Program-made: the position numbers and the translations under genes
Assembly: GCA_040768745.1 (NCBI GenBank)
Contig: JAXGMI010000002.1
Coordinates: 320,001-384,000, forward strand
Reading direction: 5' to 3'
Source of the DNA: Desulfomicrobium sp.
GTDB lineage: Bacteria; Desulfobacterota; Desulfovibrionia; Desulfovibrionales; Desulfomicrobiaceae
DNA length: 64,000 bases
Notes under the pieces: model-generated
The model's input: the letters and a program-made list of their open reading frames with translations, nothing else
Told to the model about the DNA's origin: nothing
The model's database searches: none
Part shown: one piece after another, positions 20,243 through 30,289 of the stretch
Layout of the letters: each line of letters begins with the position of its first letter
Position numbering within the stretch: the first letter of the stretch is position 1

Positions 20243-21325
20243 TTACACCTCTGTAAAGTCCTGAGGAGGACTTGTCAGGAATTCCCTGAATTTGGATTTC
20301 GTTGCCGCCTTGTTGTAAGCCTGTTCCGGATCGATCATACCTGCCGTGAGCAGCTTCATGATCGCGTCGTCAAGGCTTTGCATGCCAAATTTCCGACCGG
20401 TTTCAATAACAGAGTTGATCTGAAAGATCTTGTTCTCACGAATCAGATTTCGCACAGCGGGAGTGGCGATGAGTACTTCGATGGCTGCACACCGCCCTGG
20501 GCGATCAATGCGCTTGAAGAGGTTCTGTGCAATGATGGCCCGCAGGGAGTCTGCCAAGCCCGAGCGGATTTGGCCCTGCAACTCGCCTGGAAAGACTTCG
20601 ATGATGCGGTCGACCGTCTTGGATGCGGAAATTGTATGCAATGTGGCGAAGACGAGATGCCCTGTTTCCGCTGCCTCGAGGGCCAGTTGAATGGTTTCCA
20701 GGTCGCGCATTTCGCCAACCAGGATGATGTCCGGGTCTTCGCGCAGGGCCCCGCGCAGGGCCGCGCTGAATGTCATGGTATCCCGCCCCACTTCACGCTG
20801 GTTGATGAGACAACTCTGCGGTTCATGGACAAATTCTATGGGATCCTCAATGGTCAGAATGTGGTCTTTGCGAAGTTTGTTCACATAGTCGATAACGGCG
20901 GCCAAGGTGGTCGATTTACCGCTGCCCGTGGGGCCGGTGACCAGGACCAGTCCCTTGGGCAGTAAAGCGAGATTCTTGAGAATGCTTGGCAGGCCCAAAT
21001 CGTCAATGGAGAGGATTTTTTGTGGGATTTCACGGAAGACAGCCCCTATGCCACGCTTCTGCATAAAAAAATTGGCACGATACCGCGCCAAATGTGGGAC
21101 CTCGTAAGAGAAATCAACGTCGCCTGTCTCTTCAAACGTCTTTATTTTGTTTTCCGGTGTGATCTCATAGAGCATTTTCTTTAGTTCTTCATGCTCCAGC
21201 ACTTTGTATTTGATGCGCTGCATTTCACCATGCAGGCGGATTATGGGCTGGGAGCCAGAAGAAAGATGCAAGTCCGAGGCTCCAAGCTCATGCAGCATTT
21301 TAAAAAATCCATCAATTTGTGCCAT
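20243..21325 (-). CDS. pilT: Type IV pilus retraction ATPase PilT
   Basis: ASDLHL, GPTGSGKSTT, REDPDIILVGEMRD, TLHT, AVRNLIRE, GMQSLD. Confidence 0.95.
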   Translation of the reverse strand: MAQIDGFFKMLHELGASDLHLSSGSQPIIRLHGEMQRIKYKVLEHEELKKMLYEITPENKIKTFEETGDVDFSYEVPHLARYRANFFMQKRGIGAVFREIPQKILSIDDLGLPSILKNLALLPKGLVLVTGPTGSGKSTTLAAVIDYVNKLRKDHILTIEDPIEFVHEPQSCLINQREVGRDTMTFSAALRGALREDPDIILVGEMRDLETIQLALEAAETGHLVFATLHTISASKTVDRIIEVFPGELQGQIRSGLADSLRAIIAQNLFKRIDRPGRCAAIEVLIATPAVRNLIRENKIFQINSVIETGRKFGMQSLDDAIMKLLTAGMIDPEQAYNKAATKSKFREFLTSPPQDFTEV

Positions 21326-21445
21326 TATTGATCCCCCATCGCATATAATTCATAAACTACCACATGAAGTCAAGAAAGCAAACTTGACAAGGTCCTGTCT
21401 CCAATTCGGCGAACCCATGGCACAACGAAAAGATGAAAAACAATC

Positions 21446-21985
21446 TCATTCCCCCCACAGGCGATAAAAGCTGTAGAGATAATTCCATCCTGAATAAATC
21501 GTCAATCCGACTGCGACAAGGAGAAGTAGATAGCCCAGCCCAGTCAGATCGATCCCCAAAAAAGGATAATGATGAATGAGAGGCACCAGGGCCACGCTCT
21601 GCACGATTGTTTTCAGTTTTCCATACTTGTCCGCAGCGATGACCTGTCCCTTGTCCGCAGCGATGGCCCGTAACCCCGTGACGAGCAGTTCCCGCACTAT
21701 GATGATGATGGCGATCCATGCCGCTATCCATCCCAGTTCGACCAGCATGATGAGTACAGAGGCGATCAGGATTTTGTCAGCCAGAGGATCCAGAAATTTC
21801 CCGAAATTTGTGATTTGATTGTACCTGCGGGCAATGAACCCATCGACTAGGTCTGTCAGAATGGCGACGAGAAAAAATACAGTGGCCATGAGGCAAGTTG
21901 AAGGCCTGGGAAAATACAGCAACGTCAGGATAAACGGCACAGCCAGGATGCGAAAGACGGTGAGGGCGTTTGGTATGTTGATCAT
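21446..21985 (-). CDS. pgsA: CDP-diacylglycerol--glycerol-3-phosphate 3-phosphatidyltransferase
   Basis: NIPNALT..R, TD.VDG.IAR....T.FGKFLDPLADK, GKLKT. Confidence 0.94.
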   Translation of the reverse strand: MINIPNALTVFRILAVPFILTLLYFPRPSTCLMATVFFLVAILTDLVDGFIARRYNQITNFGKFLDPLADKILIASVLIMLVELGWIAAWIAIIIIVRELLVTGLRAIAADKGQVIAADKYGKLKTIVQSVALVPLIHHYPFLGIDLTGLGYLLLLVAVGLTIYSGWNYLYSFYRLWGE

Positions 21986-21991
21986 GAAAAT

Positions 21992-22600
21992 TCATTCATA
22001 GTGTTTCAGCCGTGACCATACTTTTTGCACATAGTCCTGGGTTTCCGCGTAGGGAGGAATTCCTCCGTATTTTCTGACCGCGTTGGGGCCTGCGTTATAT
22101 GCGGCAACCGCCAGCCGTTTGTCTGGAAACGTATCAAGCAGGAAGCGCAGATACCGTATGCCGGCGTCTATATTTTCAGAAGGATCAAAGGGATTTGCCA
22201 GATCAAGATCCCGTCCAGTTTCCGGCATGATCTGCATCAATCCCTGGGCGCCAGCCGAGGAGACCGCCCCGGCATTGAAACCCGACTCGACGTCGATGAC
22301 AGCCATGACCAGCTTTTTGTCGACCATGTATTTGTCGCAAAGTCCAGACACAATGGTGTTGACTTCTTCCACGCTGCGTTTGTCACGTTTGAACGCAACC
22401 AGGGCGTTTCTGATATAGTTGATGGACCGCTTGAACTTATATGGTTTGTAACGGGCCGACGTCGGGATATCCGTAATGCACAGCGACCCGTCTTCCTTGA
22501 CGCAGTAATAAAAACCCTTGGCCTGGGACGGGTGACCCGAACCCAACACCAGGACGCAGCACGAGCCGAAAAAAAACAAACAGCGAATGAAATTACCCAT
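21992..22600 (-). CDS. Secreted lytic transglycosylase (SLT domain)
   Basis: Signal peptide, VESGFN..AVS.AGAQGLMQIMP, AAYNAG, PPYAETQDYV. Confidence 0.9.
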   Translation of the reverse strand: MGNFIRCLFFFGSCCVLVLGSGHPSQAKGFYYCVKEDGSLCITDIPTSARYKPYKFKRSINYIRNALVAFKRDKRSVEEVNTIVSGLCDKYMVDKKLVMAVIDVESGFNAGAVSSAGAQGLMQIMPETGRDLDLANPFDPSENIDAGIRYLRFLLDTFPDKRLAVAAYNAGPNAVRKYGGIPPYAETQDYVQKVWSRLKHYE

Positions 22601-22611
22601 AGGCCCTGCTT

Positions 22612-23520
22612 TCAGACATGGCTGCTGGATGCCGCCTCCAAACTGTTTTCCGCCGCCCTGATGACCCGATCGGCCAGCTCCAGGAGTGCCACCTTGGCCG
22701 GGCAATCAATGTCGAGCATGACCACCGGCTTGCCCAAATCCCCTGCTACGACAGTGGCTGGATCCAAAGGGATGGCTCCCAGGAATTCCAATCCGTATTT
22801 TCTGGCCAGATCCGCACCGCCACCTTTTTTGAATAGATCTATCCTCTGGGCGCAATGCGGACAGACAAGTCCGCTCATGTTCTCCACGACACCCAGAATA
22901 TTGGCCTTGACGTACTGAAGGAAATTAATCGATTTTCGCACGTCTGCCAAAGAAATTTCTTGAGGTGTTGTGATGACGATGCTCAGGGCATCCGGCACGG
23001 TTTTCAGCACGGCCATGGGTTCATCTCCCGTACCTGGCGGCGAGTCAATGACCAGGAAATCCAATTCGCCCCAGTCCACGTCGGAGACAAACTGCCGGAT
23101 TGCGGAAGTCTTCATGGGCCCCTTCCACAGCACTGCCTGATCAGGATCCTTGAGCAGGGATTCCATGGATACCACAGCCAAATTTTCACTGTAGCGTTTG
23201 GGCTGGATACCTTTTTGGGGGTCAAATTCCATCAGTCCGGTCAGGCCCAGCAAATGCGGAACGCTTGGACCGTGTATGTCCACGTCCAGCAATCCCACCC
23301 GATATCCCTTGACTGCCAGAGCCGCAGCGAGGTTGGTGGAGACCGAGCTCTTGCCCACCCCCCCCTTGCCGCTCATGACAAAAAGTTTGTATTTGATCTT
23401 GGACAAGGTGGTGGCAATGCTCTTGTCCTGACGCTCAATTTTTGAATCCGGGCTGTCCTGGATCGTACCCAGGGTTTTCTTGCTCGAACATGTGGAGCAA
23501 GAGGATTTGATTTCGGCCAC
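22612..23520 (-). CDS. Mrp/ApbC (NBP35) Fe-S cluster carrier ATPase
   Basis: SGKGGVGKS, DVDIHGPS, DSPPGTGDE, ENMSGLVCPHC; GTG start after GGAGG. Confidence 0.92.
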   Translation of the reverse strand: MAEIKSSCSTCSSKKTLGTIQDSPDSKIERQDKSIATTLSKIKYKLFVMSGKGGVGKSSVSTNLAAALAVKGYRVGLLDVDIHGPSVPHLLGLTGLMEFDPQKGIQPKRYSENLAVVSMESLLKDPDQAVLWKGPMKTSAIRQFVSDVDWGELDFLVIDSPPGTGDEPMAVLKTVPDALSIVITTPQEISLADVRKSINFLQYVKANILGVVENMSGLVCPHCAQRIDLFKKGGGADLARKYGLEFLGAIPLDPATVVAGDLGKPVVMLDIDCPAKVALLELADRVIRAAENSLEAASSSHV

Positions 23521-23606
23521 ATTTCCTCCCAAAACATCTCCTTGGCCTGGTGCAGGCCTGGAGAAACCTTCTTGTCGTTTCGTCGCGCCGCCCTTTTGGA
23601 CCTCAG

Positions 23607-24248
23607 CTACCATCCATGGGAACCCACCAAATCCACGAAAGCCACACCACCCTGGTCTTCCTGATGGATGCGGCCATCCTTTTTGAAAATTCTGAGCAGC
23701 CTTTGCTCACGCTTGGTTGGACCCACAGGAATGACCATGATCCCTGGGTCCGCCAGCTGTTCCAGCAAGGGCGAGGGCACTTCCGGCCCCCCAGCAGTGA
23801 CTATGATCCGGTCGAAAGGGCTGTGCTCGGGCCAGCCCAAGGTCCCGTCATCAAGTTTCACCCGCACGTTGAAGAATTTCATTTCCAAGAGGCGGCTCCG
23901 GGCAATGGCGTACAGCTGCTTGATCCGTTCCACGGTGAAGACCTGGGCGTCCATGCTGGCGAGAATTGCAGCCTGATACCCAGAGCCGGTGCCTATTTCA
24001 AGGATGCGCATTTGCGGGCGAACCACAAGCAAGGCGGTCATCAGTGCAACGATATACGGCTGGGAAAGGGTTTGTCCCAAGCCGATGGGCACCGGATGGT
24101 CTCCGTAGGCCTGTGCTTGAAGGGCCTCATCAACAAACAGATGACGGGGAATCTGGCGCATGGCGGCGAGGACGCGCGGATCCGTCACACCCCTGGCTTC
24201 GATCTGCTCTCGCACCATGCGTTCCCGGTTCCGGAGAAACCCCTTCAA
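23607..24248 (-). CDS. pcm: Protein-L-isoaspartate O-methyltransferase
   Basis: [36 protein letters not shown]. Confidence 0.95.
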   Translation of the reverse strand: MKGFLRNRERMVREQIEARGVTDPRVLAAMRQIPRHLFVDEALQAQAYGDHPVPIGLGQTLSQPYIVALMTALLVVRPQMRILEIGTGSGYQAAILASMDAQVFTVERIKQLYAIARSRLLEMKFFNVRVKLDDGTLGWPEHSPFDRIIVTAGGPEVPSPLLEQLADPGIMVIPVGPTKREQRLLRIFKKDGRIHQEDQGGVAFVDLVGSHGW

Positions 24249-24427
24249 AAAAGATCTCCCATTATGCGCGATTCATTGGAAATCATTACCATAAAGTGCC
24301 TGCAAAACAGATTTCAACACCCAAGTCAACAAAGGAAGCAGATACCTGCCCCATGAGTCCCGAAATGTAACCTTTTCCTTGCCCGTCAGCCTCGAATCGG
24401 AAAGAATGAGTAAAAAAGGAGATAGCC

Positions 24428-24862
24428 ATGTTTCAGGTTAAGAACATCATGACCAAGGACGTCTTCACCCTCAACCAACACGAAAGTCTGAGCGCAGCCA
24501 AGGATCTGATGGATTTGGCCCGCATCCGCCATATCCCCATCGTGGACAACTTGGGCAACTTTGTCGGTTTGGTCACACACAGGGACATCCTGGCCGCCAC
24601 GGTTTCCAAACTAGCGGAGATCGACCGTGAAGTTCAGGACGAAATAGAAGCCGGCATCCCCATCCACGAGATCATGCAAACCGACGTAGTCACCGTTACC
24701 GCCGACCTTCCCTTGAAAGAGGCGGCCAGACTGCTCCTGGAAGAAAAATACGGCTGTCTGCCAGTGGTATCGGCGGGAAAACTCAGTGGAATCATTACGG
24801 AGGCGGACTTTCTTCGCCTGACTATCGATCTCATCAACGCCGTGGAACCCGAGGAAGAGTGA
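24428..24862 (+). CDS. CBS-domain pair protein (AcuB-like)
   Basis: IRHIPIVD..G..VGLVT.RD; YGCLPVV..GKL.GIITEAD. Confidence 0.88.
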   Translation: MFQVKNIMTKDVFTLNQHESLSAAKDLMDLARIRHIPIVDNLGNFVGLVTHRDILAATVSKLAEIDREVQDEIEAGIPIHEIMQTDVVTVTADLPLKEAARLLLEEKYGCLPVVSAGKLSGIITEADFLRLTIDLINAVEPEEE

Positions 24863-24865
24863 TCT

Positions 24866-26203
24866 CTAGAACAAGAAGACGGCGGCCAGGCCAAGAAAGG
24901 TGAGGAAGCCGATGCTGTCGGTCAAGGTTGTCAGGAAGATGCTGGACGCCTGCGCCGGATCCCGCCCAAGCTCCCGCAGCACAAGGGGGATGGATGCCCC
25001 GGCGACGGCGCCGATGAGCATGTCCAGCCCCAAGGCCAGCGCCATGACGAAGGCCAGGACGTGATTTCGGGTCCAGGCAAAAAGCAAAACAAAGACCAGA
25101 ATGCCAATGATGCATCCGTTCACCAGACCGATTTTTGCTTCGCGGAAGACAGCCACCCAGCTTTTTTTACGATTGAAGCTTTCCATGGCCAGCTGGCGGA
25201 TCATGACGGCCAAGGACTGCTGGCCAGTGTTCCCGGCCTGGTTGGCCACGATGGGCATGAGCGCTGCCAGAATGGCCATCTGGGCGATGGTGCCCTCAAA
25301 AAGGTGTACAACATAGGCAGAAAGGGCTGAATTGAATACGTTGAGCATCAGCCATGGCAGGCGCTTTTGCAGAGAGTAGATCCAGGGTGAATCCACGGTC
25401 TCGTCCCCGCCGGCGCCGACCATGGACTGCATGTCCTCGCTGGCCTCTTCGTGAATGATGTCAATGACATCGTCCACAGTGACCATGCCCAGGAGCCTCT
25501 GCTCATGGTCCACAACAGGAAGCGCCAGAAAATTATAACGACTGATCAGTCGGGCCACTTCCTCCTTGTCCACGTCAAAGGGTACTGCGATGAGATTCTG
25601 CTCATGCAGGAGATCTCTGAGCACCGTCTTTCCGGGGCTCAGGAGCAGATCCCGCAGTGACAGGACGCCTTTCAGGTGGCGAAATTCGTCAACGATGTAG
25701 GCATAGTATGGGATTTCGCTCTCTTCGACCCGGTCCCGGATCAGATTTATGGCCTGCTTGGCGTTCATGGATTGATCCAGGGCCAGGATTTCGGTGTTCA
25801 TGACACCGCCGGCCGAGTCGGGATCGAACTGCAACAGATCGGAAATTTCCTCGGCGTCCTCACGCCCCAGACGCCGGAAAATTTTGGTCCTGACCTCTTC
25901 GCCAAGCTCCTCGAGGATGTCAGCCGCATCGTCCGGCGACATGTTCCGCAATATGTCGGCCGCCACTTCCGGGGCTAGGCGACTCACCAAAGCATTGCGT
26001 TCGTGACGCTCCATTTCCGAAATGGATTCAGATGCGTCCTCGACGTCCATCTCCCGGATGTATTCGAGCTGCTCCCGTAAAGACAGGTTCTCCAGTTCAT
26101 CGGCGGTGTCGGCCGGATGCTGGCTGTCGAGGGACGCTGCGACCCACTGTGAGGAGGTGGGTTCGTGCGGGGTCGTTTCCGGGGCGATTGTCTTTTCATT
26201 CAT
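24866..26203 (-). CDS. mgtE: Magnesium transporter MgtE
   Basis: HPADTAD, SAGGVM, CBS pair, KRLPWL, AGNTGQQ, DPAQAS..FLTTLTD; start approximate. Confidence 0.93.
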   Translation of the reverse strand: MNEKTIAPETTPHEPTSSQWVAASLDSQHPADTADELENLSLREQLEYIREMDVEDASESISEMERHERNALVSRLAPEVAADILRNMSPDDAADILEELGEEVRTKIFRRLGREDAEEISDLLQFDPDSAGGVMNTEILALDQSMNAKQAINLIRDRVEESEIPYYAYIVDEFRHLKGVLSLRDLLLSPGKTVLRDLLHEQNLIAVPFDVDKEEVARLISRYNFLALPVVDHEQRLLGMVTVDDVIDIIHEEASEDMQSMVGAGGDETVDSPWIYSLQKRLPWLMLNVFNSALSAYVVHLFEGTIAQMAILAALMPIVANQAGNTGQQSLAVMIRQLAMESFNRKKSWVAVFREAKIGLVNGCIIGILVFVLLFAWTRNHVLAFVMALALGLDMLIGAVAGASIPLVLRELGRDPAQASSIFLTTLTDSIGFLTFLGLAAVFLF

Positions 26204-26284
26204 GGCTGATGCTGGGTAGCGTAAAGCGCCTTTCAGGTCAAAGCGGATTTCCAATTCCTGTGCGAAGTCAGCTTGTTCAACAAA

Positions 26285-26314
26285 TTGACAACCCGCTCCC
26301 GGCATGGGTATTGC
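26285..26314 (+). promoter_or_regulatory. Candidate sigma70 promoter of the biotin operon
   Basis: Perfect TTGACA at 26285-26290 and a weak -10 (TATTGC) 18 bp downstream, upstream of the bioB ATG. Confidence 0.4.
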
Positions 26315-26333
26315 CCGGATCACAGGAAATCCC

Positions 26334-27302
26334 ATGCTCCATCCACTGATCGACAGTCTGACCCGTATTGTCCTCCACGGCGGGCAATTGACCGAAGCCC
26401 AGGCCCTTGAACTGGCATCGTTGGACTCCGAACATACCGTCCAGCTCCTTTTTGCGGCCAATGCCATCGCCAAAGCCTTTGGGCACAAGGCGTTCACCTG
26501 CTCCATCATCAACGCTAAGTCCGGCAGGTGTTCGGAAGACTGCTCCTTTTGCGCGCAAAGCGGCCGGTATGCCACGAATAGCCCGGTCCATCCCCTGCTC
26601 CCGCTGGACCAACTCATCGACCAGGGGTTGGCTATGGGCCGGGCCGGAACCTTCTGTTATTCCCTGGTGACCAGCGGGCTCATGCTTTCAAGCGATGAGA
26701 TCGATCGCATCTGCCAATGCGTGAGCTACCTGCGACAACACACTAACCTCAGCCTGAGTGCATCCCTCGGGCTGCTTACTCCGGACTACGCAAAGCGTCT
26801 GGCACAGGCCGGATTGACCCGCTACCATCACAACCTGGAGACGGCCCGCTCCCATTTTCCGCGCATCTGCACCACCCACGCCTATGAAAAGGACGTGGAG
26901 ACCCTTCAGGTCGCGCGGGAACATGGGCTTTTCCTCTGCTGTGGCGGAATTCTCGGATTGGGTGAATCCTTTGAGCAGCGCGTCGAGTTCGCGTTCACCC
27001 TGGCCGGTCTGGGTGTTGACACGGTTCCCCTCAATTTCCTCAATCCCATCCCTGGCACGCCCCTGGAAAACATGCCGCTCCTGAGTCCTCACGATGCGCT
27101 CAAATCTGTGGCCCTGTTCCGGGTCCTGCTTCCGCGCGCCAGGATCACCATCGCCGGAGGCCGGGAACGGGTTCTGGGCGATTACCAGTCCTGGCTTGCC
27201 CTGGCCGGCGCCAACGGGCTCATGATCGGCAACTATCTGACCACCAGAGGTCGCAGTCTTGATTCTGACCTGCGCATGCTGGAGCAGGGACAATGGATCT
27301 GA
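26334..27302 (+). CDS. bioB: Biotin synthase
   Basis: NAKSGRCSEDCSFCAQS radical SAM motif, YHHNLET, CCGGILGLGE, VPLNFL.PIPGTP, GNYLTT.G. Confidence 0.95.
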   Translation: MLHPLIDSLTRIVLHGGQLTEAQALELASLDSEHTVQLLFAANAIAKAFGHKAFTCSIINAKSGRCSEDCSFCAQSGRYATNSPVHPLLPLDQLIDQGLAMGRAGTFCYSLVTSGLMLSSDEIDRICQCVSYLRQHTNLSLSASLGLLTPDYAKRLAQAGLTRYHHNLETARSHFPRICTTHAYEKDVETLQVAREHGLFLCCGGILGLGESFEQRVEFAFTLAGLGVDTVPLNFLNPIPGTPLENMPLLSPHDALKSVALFRVLLPRARITIAGGRERVLGDYQSWLALAGANGLMIGNYLTTRGRSLDSDLRMLEQGQWI

Positions 27303-27607
27303 ATGAGAAGGAACGCAGCGCAGACAGGATCGTCCTGGCGGTGACACTTGAACCGGAGGACGCCTTTTTCCGTGAACACTTTCCGGGGAATCCTGTTGCC
27401 CCGGGCTCTTTCATCATAGCCCTGTGCCTGCGGGTCATCGGCGACACCCTCGCCCACGGGAAGCCCATGCGGGTCAAACGATTCGGCTTTTCCCGCTTCG
27501 CTCCGCCCGGCACCTATACGCTGTGCCTGGAGCGTGACATGGGCAGCTATGACTGCACCTTGCGCCAGGGTCAGGATGTCGTTGCCCAAGGCAGGATCGA
27601 GGCATGA
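27293..27607 (+). CDS. FabA/FabZ-like hotdog dehydratase subunit (His-bearing)
   Basis: FFREHFPGNPVAPG motif; overlaps the bioB end. Confidence 0.75.
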   Translation: MDLNEKERSADRIVLAVTLEPEDAFFREHFPGNPVAPGSFIIALCLRVIGDTLAHGKPMRVKRFGFSRFAPPGTYTLCLERDMGSYDCTLRQGQDVVAQGRIEA

Positions 27608-28338
27608 ACCTGCGCTTTACAGGGAACAAGGCGTTGATTCTGGGGGGGAGCAGCGCCATGGGGCTGGCCCTGGCCGAGCTGCTCCTGGCCGAGGGTTTGA
27701 CGGTCACTCTGACGCACTCTTCCCCAAAGGGCTTGGCGGCCATCGCGCAGCGATGTCCCGATCTGGCCCAGGCCAGTCCGTCCCTGGACTTGGCTGACCT
27801 CACGAGCCTGGACAGGTTGGAACCCTGCCTGAACTGTGGGGTGGACTACCTCGTGGACTTGGCCCAGGCCGACCATGAAGGCCTGCTGGCCGCGGCCAGC
27901 GAAGAGGGCGTTCGGACTTATTTCGAATCCCATGTCACCAATCGTCTGCTCCTGCTCAAGGCAGTGACGCGAGGCATGCTGTACAGAGGCTTTGGCCGTC
28001 TCCTGCATGTCAGCTCAGCCGCTGCCGCCCTGCCTGCTCCGGGACAAGGATTCTACGCCGCTGCCAAACGGGCCGCCGAGTCCTGCTACCTGGGTCTGGG
28101 GCTTGAACTCGGTGAACGCGGCATAACCAGCCTCAGCCTGCGCCTGGGGGTGGTCGATGCCGGAAGGGGCGGGCGTTTCCTGGACAGGCAGGGCCTTCGG
28201 AAGGCGCTGGCTGGAAAAACCTTGACTGTGGAGCAGGTTGCCTCCACCCTCCTTTTTTTACTTTCTGACCAGTCCTTGGCCTTTACGTGCACGACCCTGA
28301 CCATGGACGCCGGATTGACGGCACGCAAATACGTATGA
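27604..28338 (+). CDS. FabG-like short-chain ketoreductase
   Basis: ALILGGSSAMG, VSSAAA, YAAAK catalytic motif, MDAGL. Confidence 0.85.
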   Translation: MNLRFTGNKALILGGSSAMGLALAELLLAEGLTVTLTHSSPKGLAAIAQRCPDLAQASPSLDLADLTSLDRLEPCLNCGVDYLVDLAQADHEGLLAAASEEGVRTYFESHVTNRLLLLKAVTRGMLYRGFGRLLHVSSAAAALPAPGQGFYAAAKRAAESCYLGLGLELGERGITSLSLRLGVVDAGRGGRFLDRQGLRKALAGKTLTVEQVASTLLFLLSDQSLAFTCTTLTMDAGLTARKYV

Positions 28339-28712
28339 ACATGTTTCTCGCCATCCGCTCCATCCTGGGGGAGATTCTGGACCTGGATCCCGAAAAGATC
28401 CTGGAGCAGACCTATCTGATCCGGGAACTCAACGCGGAGTCCATCGACCTGCTTGAAATCGGGGTGGCCATCCAGCACCGCCTTGACATTCCGGTGCATG
28501 ACGACCTCCTCTTCCTGAAAAACCTGCGTACCCTCCTGCTCAGGGCCGAGCTGTCCAAATGCCCGCCAATCGGAGTTCTTGCCAGGGAATATCCCCACCT
28601 TTCCCAGGAGCGGCTGGCACAGATTCTGATTGATCTGCCGCAGGGTCCGGTCCTGCGGGTTTCTGACCTTGTCGCCTATGTGTGCTGGACCCGCAAGGAC
28701 CAGGGAGACTAG
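28335..28712 (+). CDS. Acyl carrier protein with internal insertion
   Basis: LIRELNAESIDLLEI (phosphopantetheine Ser), C-terminal RVSDLVAYV helix; ATGA-coupled to the FabG-like gene. Confidence 0.8.
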   Translation: MNMFLAIRSILGEILDLDPEKILEQTYLIRELNAESIDLLEIGVAIQHRLDIPVHDDLLFLKNLRTLLLRAELSKCPPIGVLAREYPHLSQERLAQILIDLPQGPVLRVSDLVAYVCWTRKDQGD

Positions 28713-28715
28713 ATC

Positions 28716-29876
28716 GTGCTGCGCCGGGTGGTGATCACGGCCAGCGGATTCGTGCTTCCGCTGGGGTACGAGCTTTCCGAAGTGCGCACAGGGCTGCAGC
28801 AAGCGCATGGACCTTTTGTCGTCTCCGTCCATGACCCCGAGGTGGCGGTCTGCCCGGCGCCGGATTTTGATCTCAGGAAGCATGCCGGCCGCTGCAAGGA
28901 GGCACGTTACCTGTCCCGGGGACAGCAGCTCTGTCTGGCGTCGGCCATCCGCGCCGTGGAGGGGGCTGGCCTGGACCAGGACGATCTGCGCCGGGCCGGG
29001 CTTTTTCTTGGCCTCGGCCCCAACCTGGAGGCTTCTCCCAGGACGGACAAGGCCTTGTGGTTGCTCGACTATCTGCCCAATACAGCTACCGCTTGTCTGG
29101 CCCGCATCCTCGGCGTGCACGGGGAGAACCTGACCATCCAGACGGCCTGCGCCGCCTCAACTCAAGCCCTGGGGCAGGCCTTCCACGCTGTGCGGCATGG
29201 CCTTGTGGATGTGGCCATTGCTGGCGGAGGCGATTCCCGCCTGTCTCCTGAAGGCATACATGCGTACAAAGGAGCAGGAGTGCTGGCCACGGTCTCTGGT
29301 CACCCGGGGAAGGCCTGCAGGCCCTTTGACCAGAAGCGCTCTGGCTTTGCCATCGGGGAAGGAGGGGCGGTGTTCGTCCTGGAGGGTCTGCAACATGCCC
29401 AGGCCCGCAAAGCCAGCATTCTGGCTGAAATCACCGCCGCGTCCTCGTCCCTGGATGGATACAGCCTGACCGGCCCGGATCCAGAGGGAACTGCCGGGCG
29501 GACAGCTGTGGCCCGGTGTTTGCCGCAGCCCTGCCCATCCGGTTTGTGCGTCATTGCCCACGGCACGGGCACCATGCTGAACGACGCGGTGGAAAGCGAC
29601 ATCATCAAATCCTCAGCCGCTGACGCCACGGCCATCGCGGCCTTCAAATCCCGGATCGGTCATCTCGCCTCAGCCTGTGGAGGTGCGGAACTGGCTTTGG
29701 CCCTGGTCTGCGCCCATGATGGGGTCTTCCCGGCCATCGCCAATCTGGAAAACCCATGCCGCAGTGATCTCCCCTTTTTGACGCGATCGGCAGTCCTTCA
29801 GCCGCACATGCTGCTCGTGCAGAGTTTCGGCTTCGGAGGACAGAATGCCTGTCTGGCGGTGCAGCCATGGTATTGA
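28716..29876 (+). CDS. FabF-like beta-ketoacyl-ACP synthase
   Basis: RRVVITA, TACAAST (Cys), CRPFD..RSGF.IGEG, AHGTGT, KSRIGHL, SFGFGGQN. Confidence 0.9.
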   Translation: MLRRVVITASGFVLPLGYELSEVRTGLQQAHGPFVVSVHDPEVAVCPAPDFDLRKHAGRCKEARYLSRGQQLCLASAIRAVEGAGLDQDDLRRAGLFLGLGPNLEASPRTDKALWLLDYLPNTATACLARILGVHGENLTIQTACAASTQALGQAFHAVRHGLVDVAIAGGGDSRLSPEGIHAYKGAGVLATVSGHPGKACRPFDQKRSGFAIGEGGAVFVLEGLQHAQARKASILAEITAASSSLDGYSLTGPDPEGTAGRTAVARCLPQPCPSGLCVIAHGTGTMLNDAVESDIIKSSAADATAIAAFKSRIGHLASACGGAELALALVCAHDGVFPAIANLENPCRSDLPFLTRSAVLQPHMLLVQSFGFGGQNACLAVQPWY

Positions 29877-30289
29877 AATGGGTTGATGACTTCGATCCCA
29901 GCCAAGCCCTGTGGCGCATCGACTCCTGTTCCGACACGGAACTCTCGGCCCGCACCCGCCCGGGCCTGCATCCCTTTCTTTTCCTGGAGGCCATGGCCCA
30001 GACCTGTGGCATGCATCTGCGCTATCGCCACGATTTTCTCATCCAGGTCTATCTTGTGTCCGTGTCCGACCTTGTCTATTCACCAGAAGGCGTTGATGAG
30101 GAAAAGCTGATCCGGGCCATGCTCAGGACGGAAACAGGCGCCGCAGCACTGTACAGCGTCCAAACCCCGGGCGGCCCAATCTGCCGCATGCTCATGGGAT
30201 TTGGGCAACTGCCTCAGGGCGATGAAAACCACCACATCTTGCGTGAGCGATTCCTATGCCTGACCGGCACCACATCCTGGATCGGCTGA
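29867..30289 (+). CDS. FabZ-like hotdog dehydratase subunit (Glu-bearing)
   Basis: LFLEAMAQTCG helix motif typical of FabZ; overlaps both neighbours. Confidence 0.65.
   Translation: MVLKWVDDFDPSQALWRIDSCSDTELSARTRPGLHPFLFLEAMAQTCGMHLRYRHDFLIQVYLVSVSDLVYSPEGVDEEKLIRAMLRTETGAAALYSVQTPGGPICRMLMGFGQLPQGDENHHILRERFLCLTGTTSWIG

Noticed and set aside
26260..26292. BirA operator upstream of bioB
   Set aside because: Only one half-site (TTGACAA, also a -35 element); no matching left arm at the expected spacing
27293..30289. Type II PKS or aryl polyene secondary metabolite cluster
   Set aside because: The genes are embedded in and overlap bioB and bioF; no chain-length factor or tailoring genes
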